Assembly: GCA_951406725.2 (NCBI GenBank)
Contig: OX597818.1
Span: 25,978,001-26,042,000, forward strand
From: Octopus vulgaris
Taxonomy: Eukaryota
DNA: 64,000 bases
Reading direction: 5' to 3'
Made by a program: the position numbers and the translations under genes. Under the pieces are notes generated by a model. That model saw only the letters and a program-made list of their open reading frames with translations, did not search any database and was not told the origin of the DNA. Position 1 is the first letter of the stretch. Every line of letters starts with the position of its first letter. Shown one piece after another: positions 14,890-28,625 of this stretch.

Positions 14890-15900
14890 GAGAAGAAAAT
14901 GGATATAATAACAATGGGAACCTCATGGTTTTCGCTAGTGTGCCTTTAATTTAATTAGATAACAAAGAAGGAAGAAGCAGAGATAAAGGTAGCATTTACA
15001 ATCATTTCAATTTACTGGTTTAAGTAAATCTCTTCAGAATGTGAGTATAGATAGCTGCATTGGTTAGGATGCGAAAATAAATGATACACATGTAATGGTA
15101 ATATAAACAAAGGTAGTAATTCTTACATTAAATTTTGTTCTTGCACTAGTAAATTCACTGGGTAGAGGTTTGCTTGTGGTAGACTGGTTAGTTTCGTTGG
15201 GTAATTAGGGCAGGTTGAGTATTATTTAGGTGCGAGGTTCCTAGTTTAATTAAGCATATTTTTTCGCACATGTGTATTGAGTTTTTTATATTCTACGATT
15301 AGTTATCACTGCTGGTGTGGGTGAAGGGGGTAATTCTAACAGACTGAAAAGGGAGCTAACTCATATCAAATTTTGGTGGGTTTGAAAAATGTATTATGGC
15401 TAATAATTATCTTATTGCTAAAGTTTAGGAAGTTCTTAGTGCTAGGAGGGGCCCTCTATGTGCAAAGTGTATTATTATGGAATGTGGGTGGGGAGGCAAG
15501 TGGTTTTTGTGGGGTGACTATTTGTGTGTAAGTATTTAAGGTGTTTCCCAGTTAATTAGACATATAGATGAGTATTCAAATTTGGGATTATGTAAGGCAT
15601 AGAGGCCCGCATGAAAACAAGAGGGGTTACTCTACTGGTATTTTGAAAATACATAAAGGCCCACATGAAGACAAAAAGTTTTGTTCTCAAATTTTCTGTT
15701 CAGAAGGGCTTGTTTAGCCGCAAGTATAGCTAGGCGTTCTGATAGGCGAAGATTGCAGTGTTTATTTGTGGTGTTGTAGGAGGTTGTTTTTGTGAGTATA
15801 CACCAGTTTAAACTAAAATCTAATTTTTTATCCTTAAGTTCCCAAATGTACTTAGCCCTGTTGAGTTAGCCTTATTCCTATTTCCTCTAACTGATACCTA
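14890..15900 (-). mobile_element. Penelope-like element 3' remnant (GIY-YIG C-terminus plus terminal region)
   Basis: Minus strand at about 15890-15660 reads, with a frameshift, NKANSTGL/KYIWELKDKKLDFSLNWCILTKTTSYNTTNKHCNLRLSERLAIL..KQALLNRKFENKTFCLH. This resembles the PLE C-terminal pattern (LS.YIW.LK...W.IL...C.LC..E...LLN.R.E...C.H). A hammerhead motif lies downstream. Confidence 0.8.
14993..15041 (-). ncRNA. Minimal type-I hammerhead ribozyme motif
   Basis: Minus strand reads CATT-CTGAAGA-GATTTACT-taaacc-AGTAAATT-GAAA-TGATT-GTA-AATG: intact core, 8-bp stem II, 4-bp stem I, GUA triplet. Confidence 0.8.
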
Positions 15901-16249
15901 CAATATATATATGTATATATAATAATAATAATAATAATATTAGGGAGTATAACCCCAAACATACCGGGGAAATTTCAATTTAGTATTAAATCAAATTTCA
16001 CAGTATAAATATAAAATATATATAAATTAGAGAAAAACCACTATTATGTAATTCAACATAGTCTTTTTACTTATTATATATAGTTTATTCATTTTTTTGT
16101 ACTTTTTGTGATCTAGTTATAGGTTTTATAGTATATTTTATTTTTTCTATATGATATGGTTTATGTCTATAATTGTTTGAATTACATAATAGTGGTTTTT
16201 CTCTAATTTATATATATATATACACACACATGCACACATATTCTCTTAT

Positions 16250-16592
16250 TCTTTTGTTTCAGTCATGCAGGAGCACCACTTTTAGTCGTACAAATTGACC
16301 CCTGGACTTATTCTTTGTAAGCCTAGTACTTATTCTATCGGCTTCTATTGCCAAACTGCTTAAAGTTATGGGGGTATAAGCACACTGACACCTGTTGTCA
16401 AGCGATGGGGTGGGGACAAACACAGACACAAATACACACACACATACACATATATATATACACATGAAGGACTCCTTTCATCTACCAAATATACTCACAA
16501 GGCTATAGTAGAAGACACTTGCCCAAGGTGCCATGCAGTGGGACTGAACCCAGTACCATGAGGTTAGGAAGCAAGCTTCTTACCACACAGAC
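16250..16592 (-). mobile_element. tRNA-derived SINE family A
   Basis: Reverse complement of the 58342 element. Other copies at about 1-180(+), 12325-12500(-), 17875-17990(-), 24800-25150(-), 34695-34855(-), 41190-41285(-), 61768-62100(+). Confidence 0.85.
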
Positions 16593-17327
16593 ACACATAT
16601 TTACATACACAAGACAAATTAGCACAGTTATTGGTGTATCAGATAAAACACTTTATATTTGTTCTAGCTCTCTCTACCCTAACTTTACATCCCACTGAGG
16701 TTAACCTTGCTTTCACCCTTTTGAAGTCAATAAATAAAAAATTACTAGCCTAGGTCAGTGGATAAAGAAAATTTGGATTTTGTTAATTGTAAATTACAAA
16801 AAGTATCAGATGCAGATTTGTGGAGTCGTAGCAGTTGGAAGCTATTATTAGGACACTGGATTCATTCAGTAAAAATGTACTGACTCTGAATCGATGTTAA
16901 TTGTAATATAACATGTTAAAATTTCAAGCACTGCTTTAATCTTGGAATTGAAGTTATTTAATAGAGTTGCTTTCATTTAAAATGATCATTTAAGTTGCTT
17001 TAGGTATTAGAGATTTTATTTTTAACTTGAATGAACTTTAGACTTTAGAGCTTGTAAACAAAGATGTTCCTGATTTTCCATTTGATAATATCAGCTTCTG
17101 TTTTAATTTTGTGAGTTTTGTCTCATATTTCATTGTTTATAACTTCTTTAATAAATAATATAAAAATCCAAAAGCTATAACCTTTAAATTCAAACTTAGG
17201 GTACTAAAAAGTAATCTGATGATTCATGTTGGCCATGTATGTTGTTTACATTAATTTAATAAAAGAAGTATATCATTTTGTTTTTATGTTTGCTTTTTCC
17301 ATGCAGGCATGGGTTAGATGATATTTA

Positions 17328-17398
17328 TTAACCCTTTAGCATTTAAACCAGCCATATCCAGCCCAAATGACAGAGTAATCTGAATGCAAAAGGGTTAA
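17328..17398. mobile_element. Tiny piggyBac-type MITE
   Basis: TTAA|CCCTTTAGCATTTA...TGAATGCAAAAGGG|TTAA. Confidence 0.7.
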
Positions 17399-20300
17399 GG
17401 ATGTCATCATCATCATCGCCATTTAATATCCTCTTTCTATGCTGGCATGGGTTGGACGGTTTGACTGAGAACTGGCAAGTTGGGAAGCTGCACCAGGCTC
17501 CAATCTAATCTGCAAGGTTTCTACAGCTGGATGGCTCTTCCTAATGCCAACCAGCCTGAGAGTGTAGTGAGTGCTTTTTACATGCCACCGGCTGAAGAGC
17601 CAATTAGCTGGCACTGGCATTGGCCATGCTCGAATGGTGCTTTTTATATGCTACTAGCACGGGTGCCAGTCAGGTGGCACTGGCATCGGTCACGCTCGAA
17701 TGATGCTATTCTGGACACCAACCCCTTGCTTGTTATCAAGTAAGGTATTTTACTTCACTTCTTAACTCATCAAACTGCTGAGCTTTTTGTTTGTGTAACA
17801 TGTAGAGGCAAACAGTCTGGATATAGAATGTAGAAACTTGTGTATATGCACATGAAACTAACTTCCATACTCTTCTCATTTACCAAATTTCACTCATAAG
17901 GCATTAATCAACCCAGTGCTATAGCAAGTGTTATACAGTAGAAATTAACCCACATGGTCGGAAAGTGAATTTCTTAACCACAGTAATGCCTGTACCTTCA
18001 GAAATGTATATTAATAGTCTAATTACAGTTATAGGAGTCAGAGTTTGTAGTACTGTAACTTGTTGCATTAGTCATAGATTTTGCACACCAACTCCATAGT
18101 TCTGGTCAGATGTGATGCCTTGCATCTATTCTAGGTTTTATATTCTAATAGCAGTTTCTGTGATGACACTGACACAAAGCTGTATCAACCTTGTTTCTTG
18201 TTTGGACAATACTGGTAGTGCGAGGAGAGGAGACATTCTGCCTAGGTAACTGCTGATCTTACATAAACTTTGCCCAGGCAGGCAGTTTGGAAAGAAGCTT
18301 TTCAGGTTGCAAGTATATCATCAACCCTAACAGAGGCTTTCATGTCTGTGTAAGAAAGATACATTGAAGTAAGTTGTTTATCATGTACAAAAGATGTATT
18401 GGCATAGCTGAAAGGTTTTCATGTATTTTACCTGTTATCCCCTTGCTCCCATACAAAAATATGCATTAAATAAATTCTATATACCAAAGCTTACATCCCT
18501 ACCAAAATGCTATATATAACATAACACAACTAATAAATACTTCTACACATTCTAGAATATAAATGACTTCTGAAAATAATCTAAAAGTGATAGAAGCTAT
18601 GTGGCTAATAGAATTTTCAAAAAAAAAACAAAAAAACATTTGAACAAATTAGACTTCATCAAATAGATTTAAGACTCCAGGGAAGAGTTTGATACAATGC
18701 CTAGTACTTAGATTTAATATAAATCTCTGTAAGAGATAAAATAAGGAATTTAAATGCAAGATAGAGTTGTGATATTGGTACTATCAATGGGTTGTCTGTT
18801 TTCTTTCAATGTCTGAAAGTGAACTTTAAATTAACTTTGTGATTTGTAGCTAACAAACATCCTAATGGATTAGTGATTTAGGTTTGTTGTTAAATTAGTT
18901 ACTAATTAAATTTTCGCTCCTTGCTTGTTATTCTTGCATTTGTTGAATTATTCTTAGACAGTGACAACTTCATTTGTCAAAGGATTCTTTGATTTGAAAT
19001 ATTACCTGGGAGTTGATATAAAAAGCAGTGTAAAGTCAGCAAGGATATTCAAGCTAATTTGAATCAACTACATTCTCATATAATTCTTTCTTTGACATTT
19101 TATTTTCTTCCTGTCTTGATTGGTTTTCTTTCTCAATCCAAACATTTTTTGTTATTAATGATGAACTGCCAGTACATTAATATTAAACAATTATTATTGT
19201 TGACGATGAATGGCTAGTATTGTGGTAGTAATATTGATTTCAAATTTTAGCACGAGGCCAGTAATTTTGGGGAAGGGGTAAGTTGCTTATATTGAAACCC
19301 ACCCACTCCAGTACTCAACTGGTACTTATTTTATTGATCACAAAAGAATGAAAGGCAGAATTTGGCAGAATTTGAACTCTGAGCAAAATGCCACTAAGTA
19401 TTTTGCCCAGCATGCTAATGATTCTGTCAGCTCACTGCCTTTTTGTGGTGGTAGTATTAGATATTAAGTAGCAGACAGTTCAATTTTCTGTGGATTTTGA
19501 TTCTTACCTAAACATCTATCTTATCTCCTTGCAACTTAGTCACCAAAAATGATACAAAATGCCCTTGTTTCTGCTACTGTATCTTCTTTAGGTTGCCAAA
19601 GATTTTTTTTATTCCATATGTCAAACACTTCTTAGACTACAACCCTTACAAGCCAGGTAAAATTGATATGGTTAATGATGAATTTAAACATCTGTAGATC
19701 AATGCCTGTAAAAACATAGGAAAGAGGGGTTGCAGTTCTTGTTGAGCAGGAAGCATTTAATGAAGATGAGATAGTTAGGTGATGAATATAGAAAGTAGAA
19801 ATTGTTGTGTTACAATGCCTGTATGGAGTGGTTTTGTGGCTAATACAAAGTGATACAACTAGCTTTGAACAAAAGCGATAATAGTCTTATACAACAAGTT
19901 TGTATTTTCACAAAAGCAGTATGTAATGATATTTTTAATTCAAAATTATTTTTTATTAAGGTAAGGTAAGCACTTTAGTGAATAAAATATATTGAGAGGA
20001 GCAAGTTAGATTCTTGACCAAATCTTTACATAAATGATAACCTTGGAAAAACATATAAAAATAGTAATGATATTAAATTTTGATTTTCAAAGATCTTTAA
20101 TATTTTTGTTCAAGATTAAGGAAAATTCTAGATTGTTACAGCATGCCCCCTCTATTCAGAAAATAATTAGCAACATTATTCTAGAAAATGCACTGTTTTC
20201 AGCAAATAAATAGATCTCTGTAGAAAAAAGATTGAAATAGGAATTCTTTTCATTTTGGGGGGTTATTGATTTTGTTCTGAAAAATAGCTCAAAAGAGAAT

Positions 20301-21138
20301 GCTGAAATAAAATGTACAAATCACTGGCAAATCAGGTACCAACATTATGCTGGTGATCTAACAACAAATTCAAAATATTCAGGAAATTTTAAAATATGTA
20401 TGAAAATCAAACTAACTTGATACGCAAAAAAAAAAAAATACTACAAGTATTGTAAGACAGCTATATGAAGGAAGACGGCCAATTCAATTTTCTTAAAAGA
20501 CCAAGTCAGCTATAATCAAGCAGACCAATCATCAAAGGCATTCCTGTCTATCCATTCCATCTTTTCATATGTAGTTTCTCTCAGACTACAATATCTAATA
20601 TGTTTTTTAAATTAGTGGAATGTTGTACTAGTAGTTTGCAAAGTATAGAGAGAGGAGTAAAACTGAGAATAATCAGAGTAGTACCTTTTAAAGGTATTGA
20701 GAAAATGGTCATTAAGAATATAACATATAAATGGAACTATATCTTTAACTCAATGTCTTGAATAAGACAAAGAGTTACCAAGAAAACAAATAAACTCATC
20801 TGAAAACAAGTGGTTCTCCACTGTACCATTCATCACTAGGAAAATGTGATGGAAACAATTTTTGAGAGAGGACAAGGAAAAAGTCATGAAGTCACATTTA
20901 GCAAAAGGGAAGATTCTGAAGAGATCCTGCTTTTTGAGAGCAAACGAATAAGGCAATTCAGTTGGAGAATGAGCTGAACAAGGTGTGTCATCTGGAAGGA
21001 TGTAAGTTGTAAGAAATAAGTTTTGACAATATGATTACTGTGAAATGGCATCAATAAAATACCTAAATGTGGTTACAGACTCAATGTCTTACTCATTACA
21101 TCGTAAAATAATTAGCCTTAGGCATTATTAGTTCATCC

Positions 21139-22189
21139 GGATCTGTTCAGTTTGGCTCACAGATTTTTTAATTAGTTTTTTTTAACTAAACAGTTTGAAA
21201 CTTCATATACTGATGAAATATTTCAGGTAGAACACAGTTTACTTTGAACATTTTTGACAAAATTTGGTATTTTAGAAGTTATTTCATGTTAAAGCTGTCG
21301 TATTTGGATAATTTCAACCAATCAATGATGTGTATTCAGTTGAAGAAAGCTACAGCTGTTTGCCATAGGAATCAAAGAGGAACAATTTTGGGGTCATCTT
21401 TACTAAATGTCACCACTCTTTCTAAACATCGAAGAGCTAACACCAAGAAGGAAGAAATATTATTTACATGTATTTATTTGTTTGCCCGACATCGGTGTTT
21501 TATCCAAACATAAAGAATGCCAGTGTTTAAAAGACCTATTGAGCAACGAGTCCGCTGCTAGCATTTTTGTTGTTGACATATATGTAGCTTCAAATTGACT
21601 TATTTCACAACTATGAAACGTTATTGTCATGATTTTATCTTACTATAATCAATAACAAACACATTACATCAATATAAAAGTTTCTATTAGATATTAAAAA
21701 TAACATTATCAAAACATGAAGGTAAACCAAAACAAATAGTGGCTTATACACTGGGAAATATAGTAATTGTAGTGGCAGTGATAAGTTCACTCGCTGGTTG
21801 CTAGTTGATAGTGTAGAAGGGAGGAAAAGAGTAAGGAATGCACAGTGCTGACGAGAAAGGAAGAAAGGATAAAGGTGACATTGTCTTCGCTTGCTATATG
21901 AATAGAACAGAGTGGTGACATTTAGTAGAGACGACCTGGAAGTTGTCCCTCTTTGATTACTATTGCAAACAGCAGTAGCTTTCTTCAACTGAATACACGT
22001 TGTTGATTGATTAAAATTACCCAAATATGACAACTTCAACACGAAGTAACTTCTAAAATACCAAATTTTGTCAAAAATGTTCAAAGTAAACCATGTTCTG
22101 CCTGAGATATTCTACCAGTATACAAAGTTTCAGACTGTTTAGTTTAAAAAAATTAATAAAAAAATCTGTGAGCCAAACTGAATAGATCC
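21139..22189. mobile_element. Non-autonomous DNA transposon with about 280-bp TIRs and 8-bp TSD (Merlin-like)
   Basis: GTTCATCC|GGATCTGTTCAGTTTGGCTCACAGATTTT ... AAAATCTGTGAGCCAAACTGAATAGATCC|GTTCATCC. The mirror ORFs at 21244(+) and 22084(-) reflect the TIRs. Confidence 0.9.
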
Positions 22190-25100
22190 GTTCATCCTTT
22201 CCTAGATCAATCTGTACGGTTGAAAGTGATCCATGGGCTTAAGCTCCCTGGTCATGCCTGATTAAGAAAACCATAGGCTAGGGAGGGTGGTCACAATGAG
22301 TTTGAGAAAAAAAAATATCTTTTACAATTTTTTGTTTTTAACCTTGAGAATGATGTATATGTTTTACAAATGTTCACTATCTTACACAAACTATATCAAC
22401 TTAGCAAATGACCTCTAAATGCATTAAAAACACTATAACATATTCAGAGCATTATTTCTGAATATATTATCTCCATTCTCTTTGAGCACAAAAGACAAAT
22501 TTAGCTGGAGCAAAATGAATACAACAAATTAAGGTAAATTTGCTTCTTTAGTTCTCCAGAATTGCATTTGGAAAAAGACTCATATACATTAGTATCCATC
22601 CTCAGACATCAGAAAGATTAGAAATGCAACAAAATTTTTTAAATACCTATGTCAAAGAAAAGAGGATCGTGGAAAAATAGCACATGATATGAAATTAACA
22701 AAACTCGACTAAATCTAAAAACTCAATATATAATATTCTCTATAGCTTCTTCACAATCCACTGGAATGGTTCTTACGCACTATGCTGTTAAAGTGATAAA
22801 AATCATTGAATGTTGTCATTGCTCATCCCAACTTTAGACATCATTTTTTGAAAATTGAAAATGATCAAATTAGACATTAATTTGAGGAAAATTGACTTGG
22901 ACCCCAACAGAAAAAAACCCAAAGAATTTTAATTGTTAAACATGAAAAGTGTACCTGTCTCCTCACTGTTTCAAACTCTCTCAGCTTCAACAACAGCTAT
23001 GCTGACCAATTTATATAGCCAACGATTAGGCAACACTACAAAATGATGGTGCAATACTTGCATTGTAATGGTTTCAAACAGCTAGGGAGAAAATGAGAAG
23101 TCAAAAATTACTTATTTTTCCCCAGTTGCTTCTACTTACTGTGTTTGGTAAATTTCCTTACTTTCACATTCAGAGCACTGGATAGAAATAACATGTCACT
23201 GTTTGGATAGTGCCATGATATTTTGTTTAATTAGAGAGTTCAACTTTTTAGAAATAGCAGTCAAATTTTCCCTCAAATCACACCCTACTATCTTAAAAAG
23301 TAGGAATGTTTTGAATTAAATTGTCCTAAATACACAATGTCTGAATAAAGATGAGACAGTTATGGCTAGTGTACCACTGACTATAGACCTACTTATTCAG
23401 GGTTGTCTTGAAACTAAATAGTAAGCAGGTTACAGATTTCTAGAAGAATACAAATATATATGAAAAATGAAACTGAAGATTTGTAACAAGAACAGCAATA
23501 ACAGTTTGTAACTGCTGACCTTCACACAATATACAGATTGCAGCAACACCGATAGATGTAGTAGAAGCAGCAGTAGTAGTCAAATAGGACTATCCTAGTT
23601 CCATTATAGTAAATGTTTTACAATTAACATTTTCTGTTAATAATGTCAATGGATTTCGTTACTTGAAATTTAATGACTTTTTTTTTTCTTTTTTTTACTG
23701 CTGGTTGTTGAAGAATTGATAACAGTGGACTATAATACATTCTTGATCTTCTATGCAGTGTATACATTTTGTTGCTGCCATTATTTTAGTATTGGAAATT
23801 AAAAGATCAAGTGTCATCTGCTTGACCTCATTTCAATGTATCAATTGTATTTCAAAGGTTTGAAGAAAAACAAAAGTAACAAAAAATATGAAAATGAATC
23901 TGATTCATAATTACTTGTGCATGTTGCATACATTTTATAAGGCCGGATCATAAGGTGCATTCCTTTTTCATTGTATTTCTCTGCTATTTATTTATTTATT
24001 TATTATTAGCTGGAGTTGAAAATCCATTTTCAGTACCAAGAAGATTGAACAGCCAAATTGAATGATATTAAAGTCTACTTTTAGCAAAGTCATGTGCTGA
24101 TTTCAAAATTGTTCAAGCATAAACACTCTAAAAATATTCCATATAAAGAGGAAAGTGCTAAGTATCAGAAATAGTACATTTTTAATGGTGATGGTAGAAA
24201 AATCACATAGATCTTCTTAAAAGGTTCCTATTGCCAAATACATATTACCACTTTACTCTCGATGAAGTTAGCATCTGAAATACTCCTGGTATTCAGATGC
24301 TAGCAGTCATCACCATGGGCTTTTTTTATTTATTTTTTTGTCCAAATACTTTCATTATTCCTTTATGTATTAAATATTGTTTGCTTATTAAACTTTCAAT
24401 TTAGCTTGAATAATATGGCTGTCCTGTTCTTTCACTTAGATACACCATGCTTATTACCAATTATCATATAATGTAAAAAAGTAATAATTTCTATCAAAAC
24501 ATAAATTAATATAACTTACACTTAGTGCCAAAATAGCATTGCTATTTTAGATACAAATATTCATTATTAGACAAGTCTGTCTGCTATATTTATCTTGATC
24601 ATATACCTTCAATTTGAGATATATCAAAAACCAACATTTGTGTACTTACATGTGCTTGTGCAAGCCAGTGTTTCAATAATTTTCTTTTCAATCAATTTTA
24701 AATGGCAACATTATTATTCTTGACTTTCAGATTATGACATCTTACATTTCAATATGTCATGGTAGATTATTGTAATGCTACTTCATTCTGTATTTTACAT
24801 GTTTCAGTCATTAGACTGCTGCCATGCTGGGGCACTGCCTTGAAGAACTTTTAGTTGAATGAATCAACCCCAGTACATTTTGTTTAAAGCTGGTATTTAT
24901 TCTAACAGTCTCTGTTGTTGAACAGCTAAGTTATTGGGGACATAAACACACAAACACCAGTTGTCAAGCAGTAGTGTGGAAACAAATACACACACACACA
25001 CACACATACATGTATATACAACAGGCTTCTTTCAGTTTCCATCTGCCACATCTTCTCAGAAGGTTTTGGTTGGCCCAAGGTGCCATGTAGTTTGACTGAA

Positions 25101-26479
25101 CCCAGAACCATGTGGTTGGGAAGCAAGCTTCTTACCACACAGCCTTGCCTGTCTATTAAATTTTCTTTTCTATTGTTAATCTGTGTAAGAAGATAGTGAG
25201 TAAATGTATAGAATTTATTTTGATCTTTTTAACAGGCGATATCTTCTAGGGGCATTATTTAAAATACATCTTATTTTGTGGCATATGTCTTTTTGAATAC
25301 AGTTTTCTTTGAGAGTTGTGTGAAGAAGTTTGGAAAGGTGTCTATTTACCCTCAGTGGGACAGTGTTTAGGTTTTTAATTTCAATATGAAAATATTGTTT
25401 TAATAGTTTTTTTTTACATCATTCAATGATTGTATTTAGTTTTGTCTTATCTAAAGTGTGTTGATATATTTAAGTTTGACTTCGTATCCCAGACACATTG
25501 AATGTGGTTGGTGCCATAGAGGACACCAGATTATTAAAATTCTACTACATATAACATACTCTTTGCACCAAAATCTACAGTCTATTAAACAAGCTTTCTG
25601 CAAGTTGTTTCCTTAAATTCAATAGGAAAAAATTGCATAATCTTTGCAACTGCAAAGTAATATGCTCATAGCAATGATGGTTATTAAAAAAAGAAAAAAG
25701 ATACAAATGCTGGTTATTGTATGTATTTCATCATATCTATTCTGTTTATTTATCAACACTTTTTTTTAAAATTGAATTTAAGCTATTAAATATTTTAATA
25801 GTTTATAGATACAGTCTTGCCATAGGCTTTCTAGCCTGCAGAAATTTTATTAAATATTATAAACTTAGTCTTACTTTTTCCAATAACAAGAAAATAAAAA
25901 TTATTTTGTTGTTTATTTTCATTTAAATGATACTTCTCAATATGTGAAGTATGGTATTGCGTAAGTTGACATGTCACTACTCTTCTACCCAAAATAGCTG
26001 ATATAAGAAATTTTTATCTTCTCTGCATCTCTGCATAACTAATAGATATTGCTCTCTGTGACATGTAATTAAAATGAATATACTTTCAATGGAACATGGC
26101 TGAAAAAGTTACTTTTTAAAAATAGAAATAACATATTTACAGAAGCTATTGATTGTTTTGTTCAGATAGCAAATTCCTGAGATATTAGATAATGCTATCT
26201 GAGAAAACTATAGGATATGAGAAATAATGGTGAAATCAACAATAAATTATGAGACTTTTTTCTGTTTTTTTTTAAAATCTGGTTCTCTGAAACCCTCAAT
26301 ATTTCTATGTGCCCCTTTCTTTGAAAAAATTGGGAATCTCTGGCTTTTATCAAACTTTTAAAGATTCTCATAGATTCTATTCTAATTTTAAACTTTTTAC
26401 TTATCACTGACTGAACACTGCCATATACATACATAAATGCATGCATGTAGTGCACCTGAGTACTGTAACCAATAAGTTC

Positions 26480-26520
<41 letters not shown>

Positions 26521-27959
26521 AAAGTAGAGATTAAAAAATCCTGGCATATATCAAGAATTTGGTTAACAATATTCAACAATTAGACAGCAGTAAATATAAG
26601 TAGAATACAGATCTCACATAAATCCTCATACATGACAAGTAAATCCAAATATCCTTTGGTAGAATTTCCAGAAATTCAGAGAATTTGACTACAAAAATAT
26701 GTATTGTGAAAATGACGTCTTTATTATAGATTTCACCTAATAAAGCCAACAGTTATTTCTATTGCATATATATACATATATATACATATATATAATATAT
26801 ATATATATATCATATCATTAAAATTGATTTTAATATTTCTGAAAGAATATGTTTGCACAATGTTATCAAAGCGATACAAAATTATATATATAACCTTTAT
26901 TTTAAGGGAAGAGATATTTTGAAAAATTTTAAATGAATTATTTAACAAATGGGCAAAATAAAATAGTGTTGATTATAATCAGTAATTCATTAATGGGTGT
27001 TTATTTGATGAATTGGGAGTTATTGTTTATTAGTTTTGCAAAAGCATTAATATAAAGGAAGTGAAATTGCTGCAACCCATCTTTTCAAAACTGGTGGGAA
27101 TAAAAAGAAAATAAAATGCATGAGTTATTGGCAAAGTTATTTCAAATAGTAAATAGCTTGGCCAAAAGTTTTTGTGCCTCCCTGAAGCTTATATTCATAA
27201 TATGCTTGGTAAATGCAATTAAGTTGAGTATGCTGCTGAATGCCTAAATATTGTGGTTGCTAGTCCACTTTATTAGTGTATCTGAATAACAATTGAGGTA
27301 TTATAATTCCAAAAGCAAACTAACATTTCAGCAGATAATATTGATAACGTTCACAAAATGTAAGTTTATGTACATTGAGAAGAGAAAAGAAAATTATAGA
27401 TTTTTATCAAACCTACTCAATGTCAGTGACACTTTTTTTGTTTTCATGTATGCTCTATTTAATTGGAATTTGTTAATTCCATATTTTAAAACTACAAAGA
27501 GAAAAACCACTGAGCAGTGTTTATCATAGTGGCTTAATTCTTTGAGTGGTATTTTCCTTAGGAAGATGGTGTATAGCATTGACTGAATCCTTGGTATTGT
27601 AGACAGTAAACCAGCAACAACCATTTCCTCATCAACTTTTCCATGCTTGCATGGGTCAGACAGAGTTTATTGAGGCAGATTTTCTATAGCCATATGCCCT
27701 TCTTGTCACCAACCTCACCTGCTTCCAAGCAATGTGATGTTTCCCTATTACCAAATATGCTCTTGCACAATATTGGAAATGAATGCCACTGCCTATATGA
27801 GAGTGACAGTCATTTTACAACCATCATGCAAAGTCAAGACAACGGAACACAAATATACACACACACACATGCATATCTTTCTCTGGTAGGAAATTCGATC
27901 GATCATTCATGCTTTTTTATTTGAATGCCCAGTCAGAAGTAGATTAAACTTTGCGTAAC

Positions 27960-28625
27960 CATTGCAAGCTCTTAAATTTTAAGAGTGATACATGACTAGG
28001 GCCTCTCATAATTTTCATATCACCACTTTCCAGAAGAAGCAACAGATTAATTTTGGAAGCTTTAAATCCTGATATTGATTTTTCTTCTTGAAGAATAAAT
28101 GTTCTAGCAGGCATGCACTTCTAGAAAAGCGCACTTTTATCAACATTGCATACTTGCTCTCATGTATAACCTACTTCAGCTATTATTTACTTCAGTTGCT
28201 CAGATAATTAGTAGCAGCTTCTGTACCTGTACCAACAGCTTCACAGTTACTTTTTATGTTGTGCAAGATCAAGTGTTCTTTAAGCCTTTCAAATCAGCCT
28301 TTACTAGCCAGAAAAAGTTTTTCCTTTGAAACTTCATTTGCCTTTTCCTGCAAATTGTCATACAAGCATTTATGTTGAGTCTGATTCTTGATCCATACAC
28401 TCAGGAGCTGTTCCATTTTAAACATATTTGATGAATGGAAGAATAAGGTCTGAAAAGTTAGAGCTAGTTTTTTTCTCTACTGCCATGTAATGTGTTCTTT
28501 TTTTTCCTCTCACATCACCCTTTTTAAAATATCAGGTTTAATGCCCAATCTAATCTCTTTACAGTTTGTTGTTGCACTACTGCTTTTAGTTCCACTTAAT
28601 GGCTTCTTTCCAGACATTTCGAACT
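27960..28625 (-). mobile_element. Decayed pogo/Tigger transposase fragment (CENP-B-type HTH)
   Basis: Minus-strand pieces MSGKKPLSG...KEIRLGIKPDILKR, MEQLLSVWIKNQ...LQEKA and FLASKG*FERLKEHLILHNIK resemble the Tigger N-terminal and F.AS.GWF.RF motifs, with stops and frameshifts. Confidence 0.75.

Noticed and set aside
21244-22084. Two 'paralogous' ORFs beginning MNIFDKIWYFRSYF on opposite strands
   Set aside because: They result from the terminal inverted repeats and show no protein motifs.
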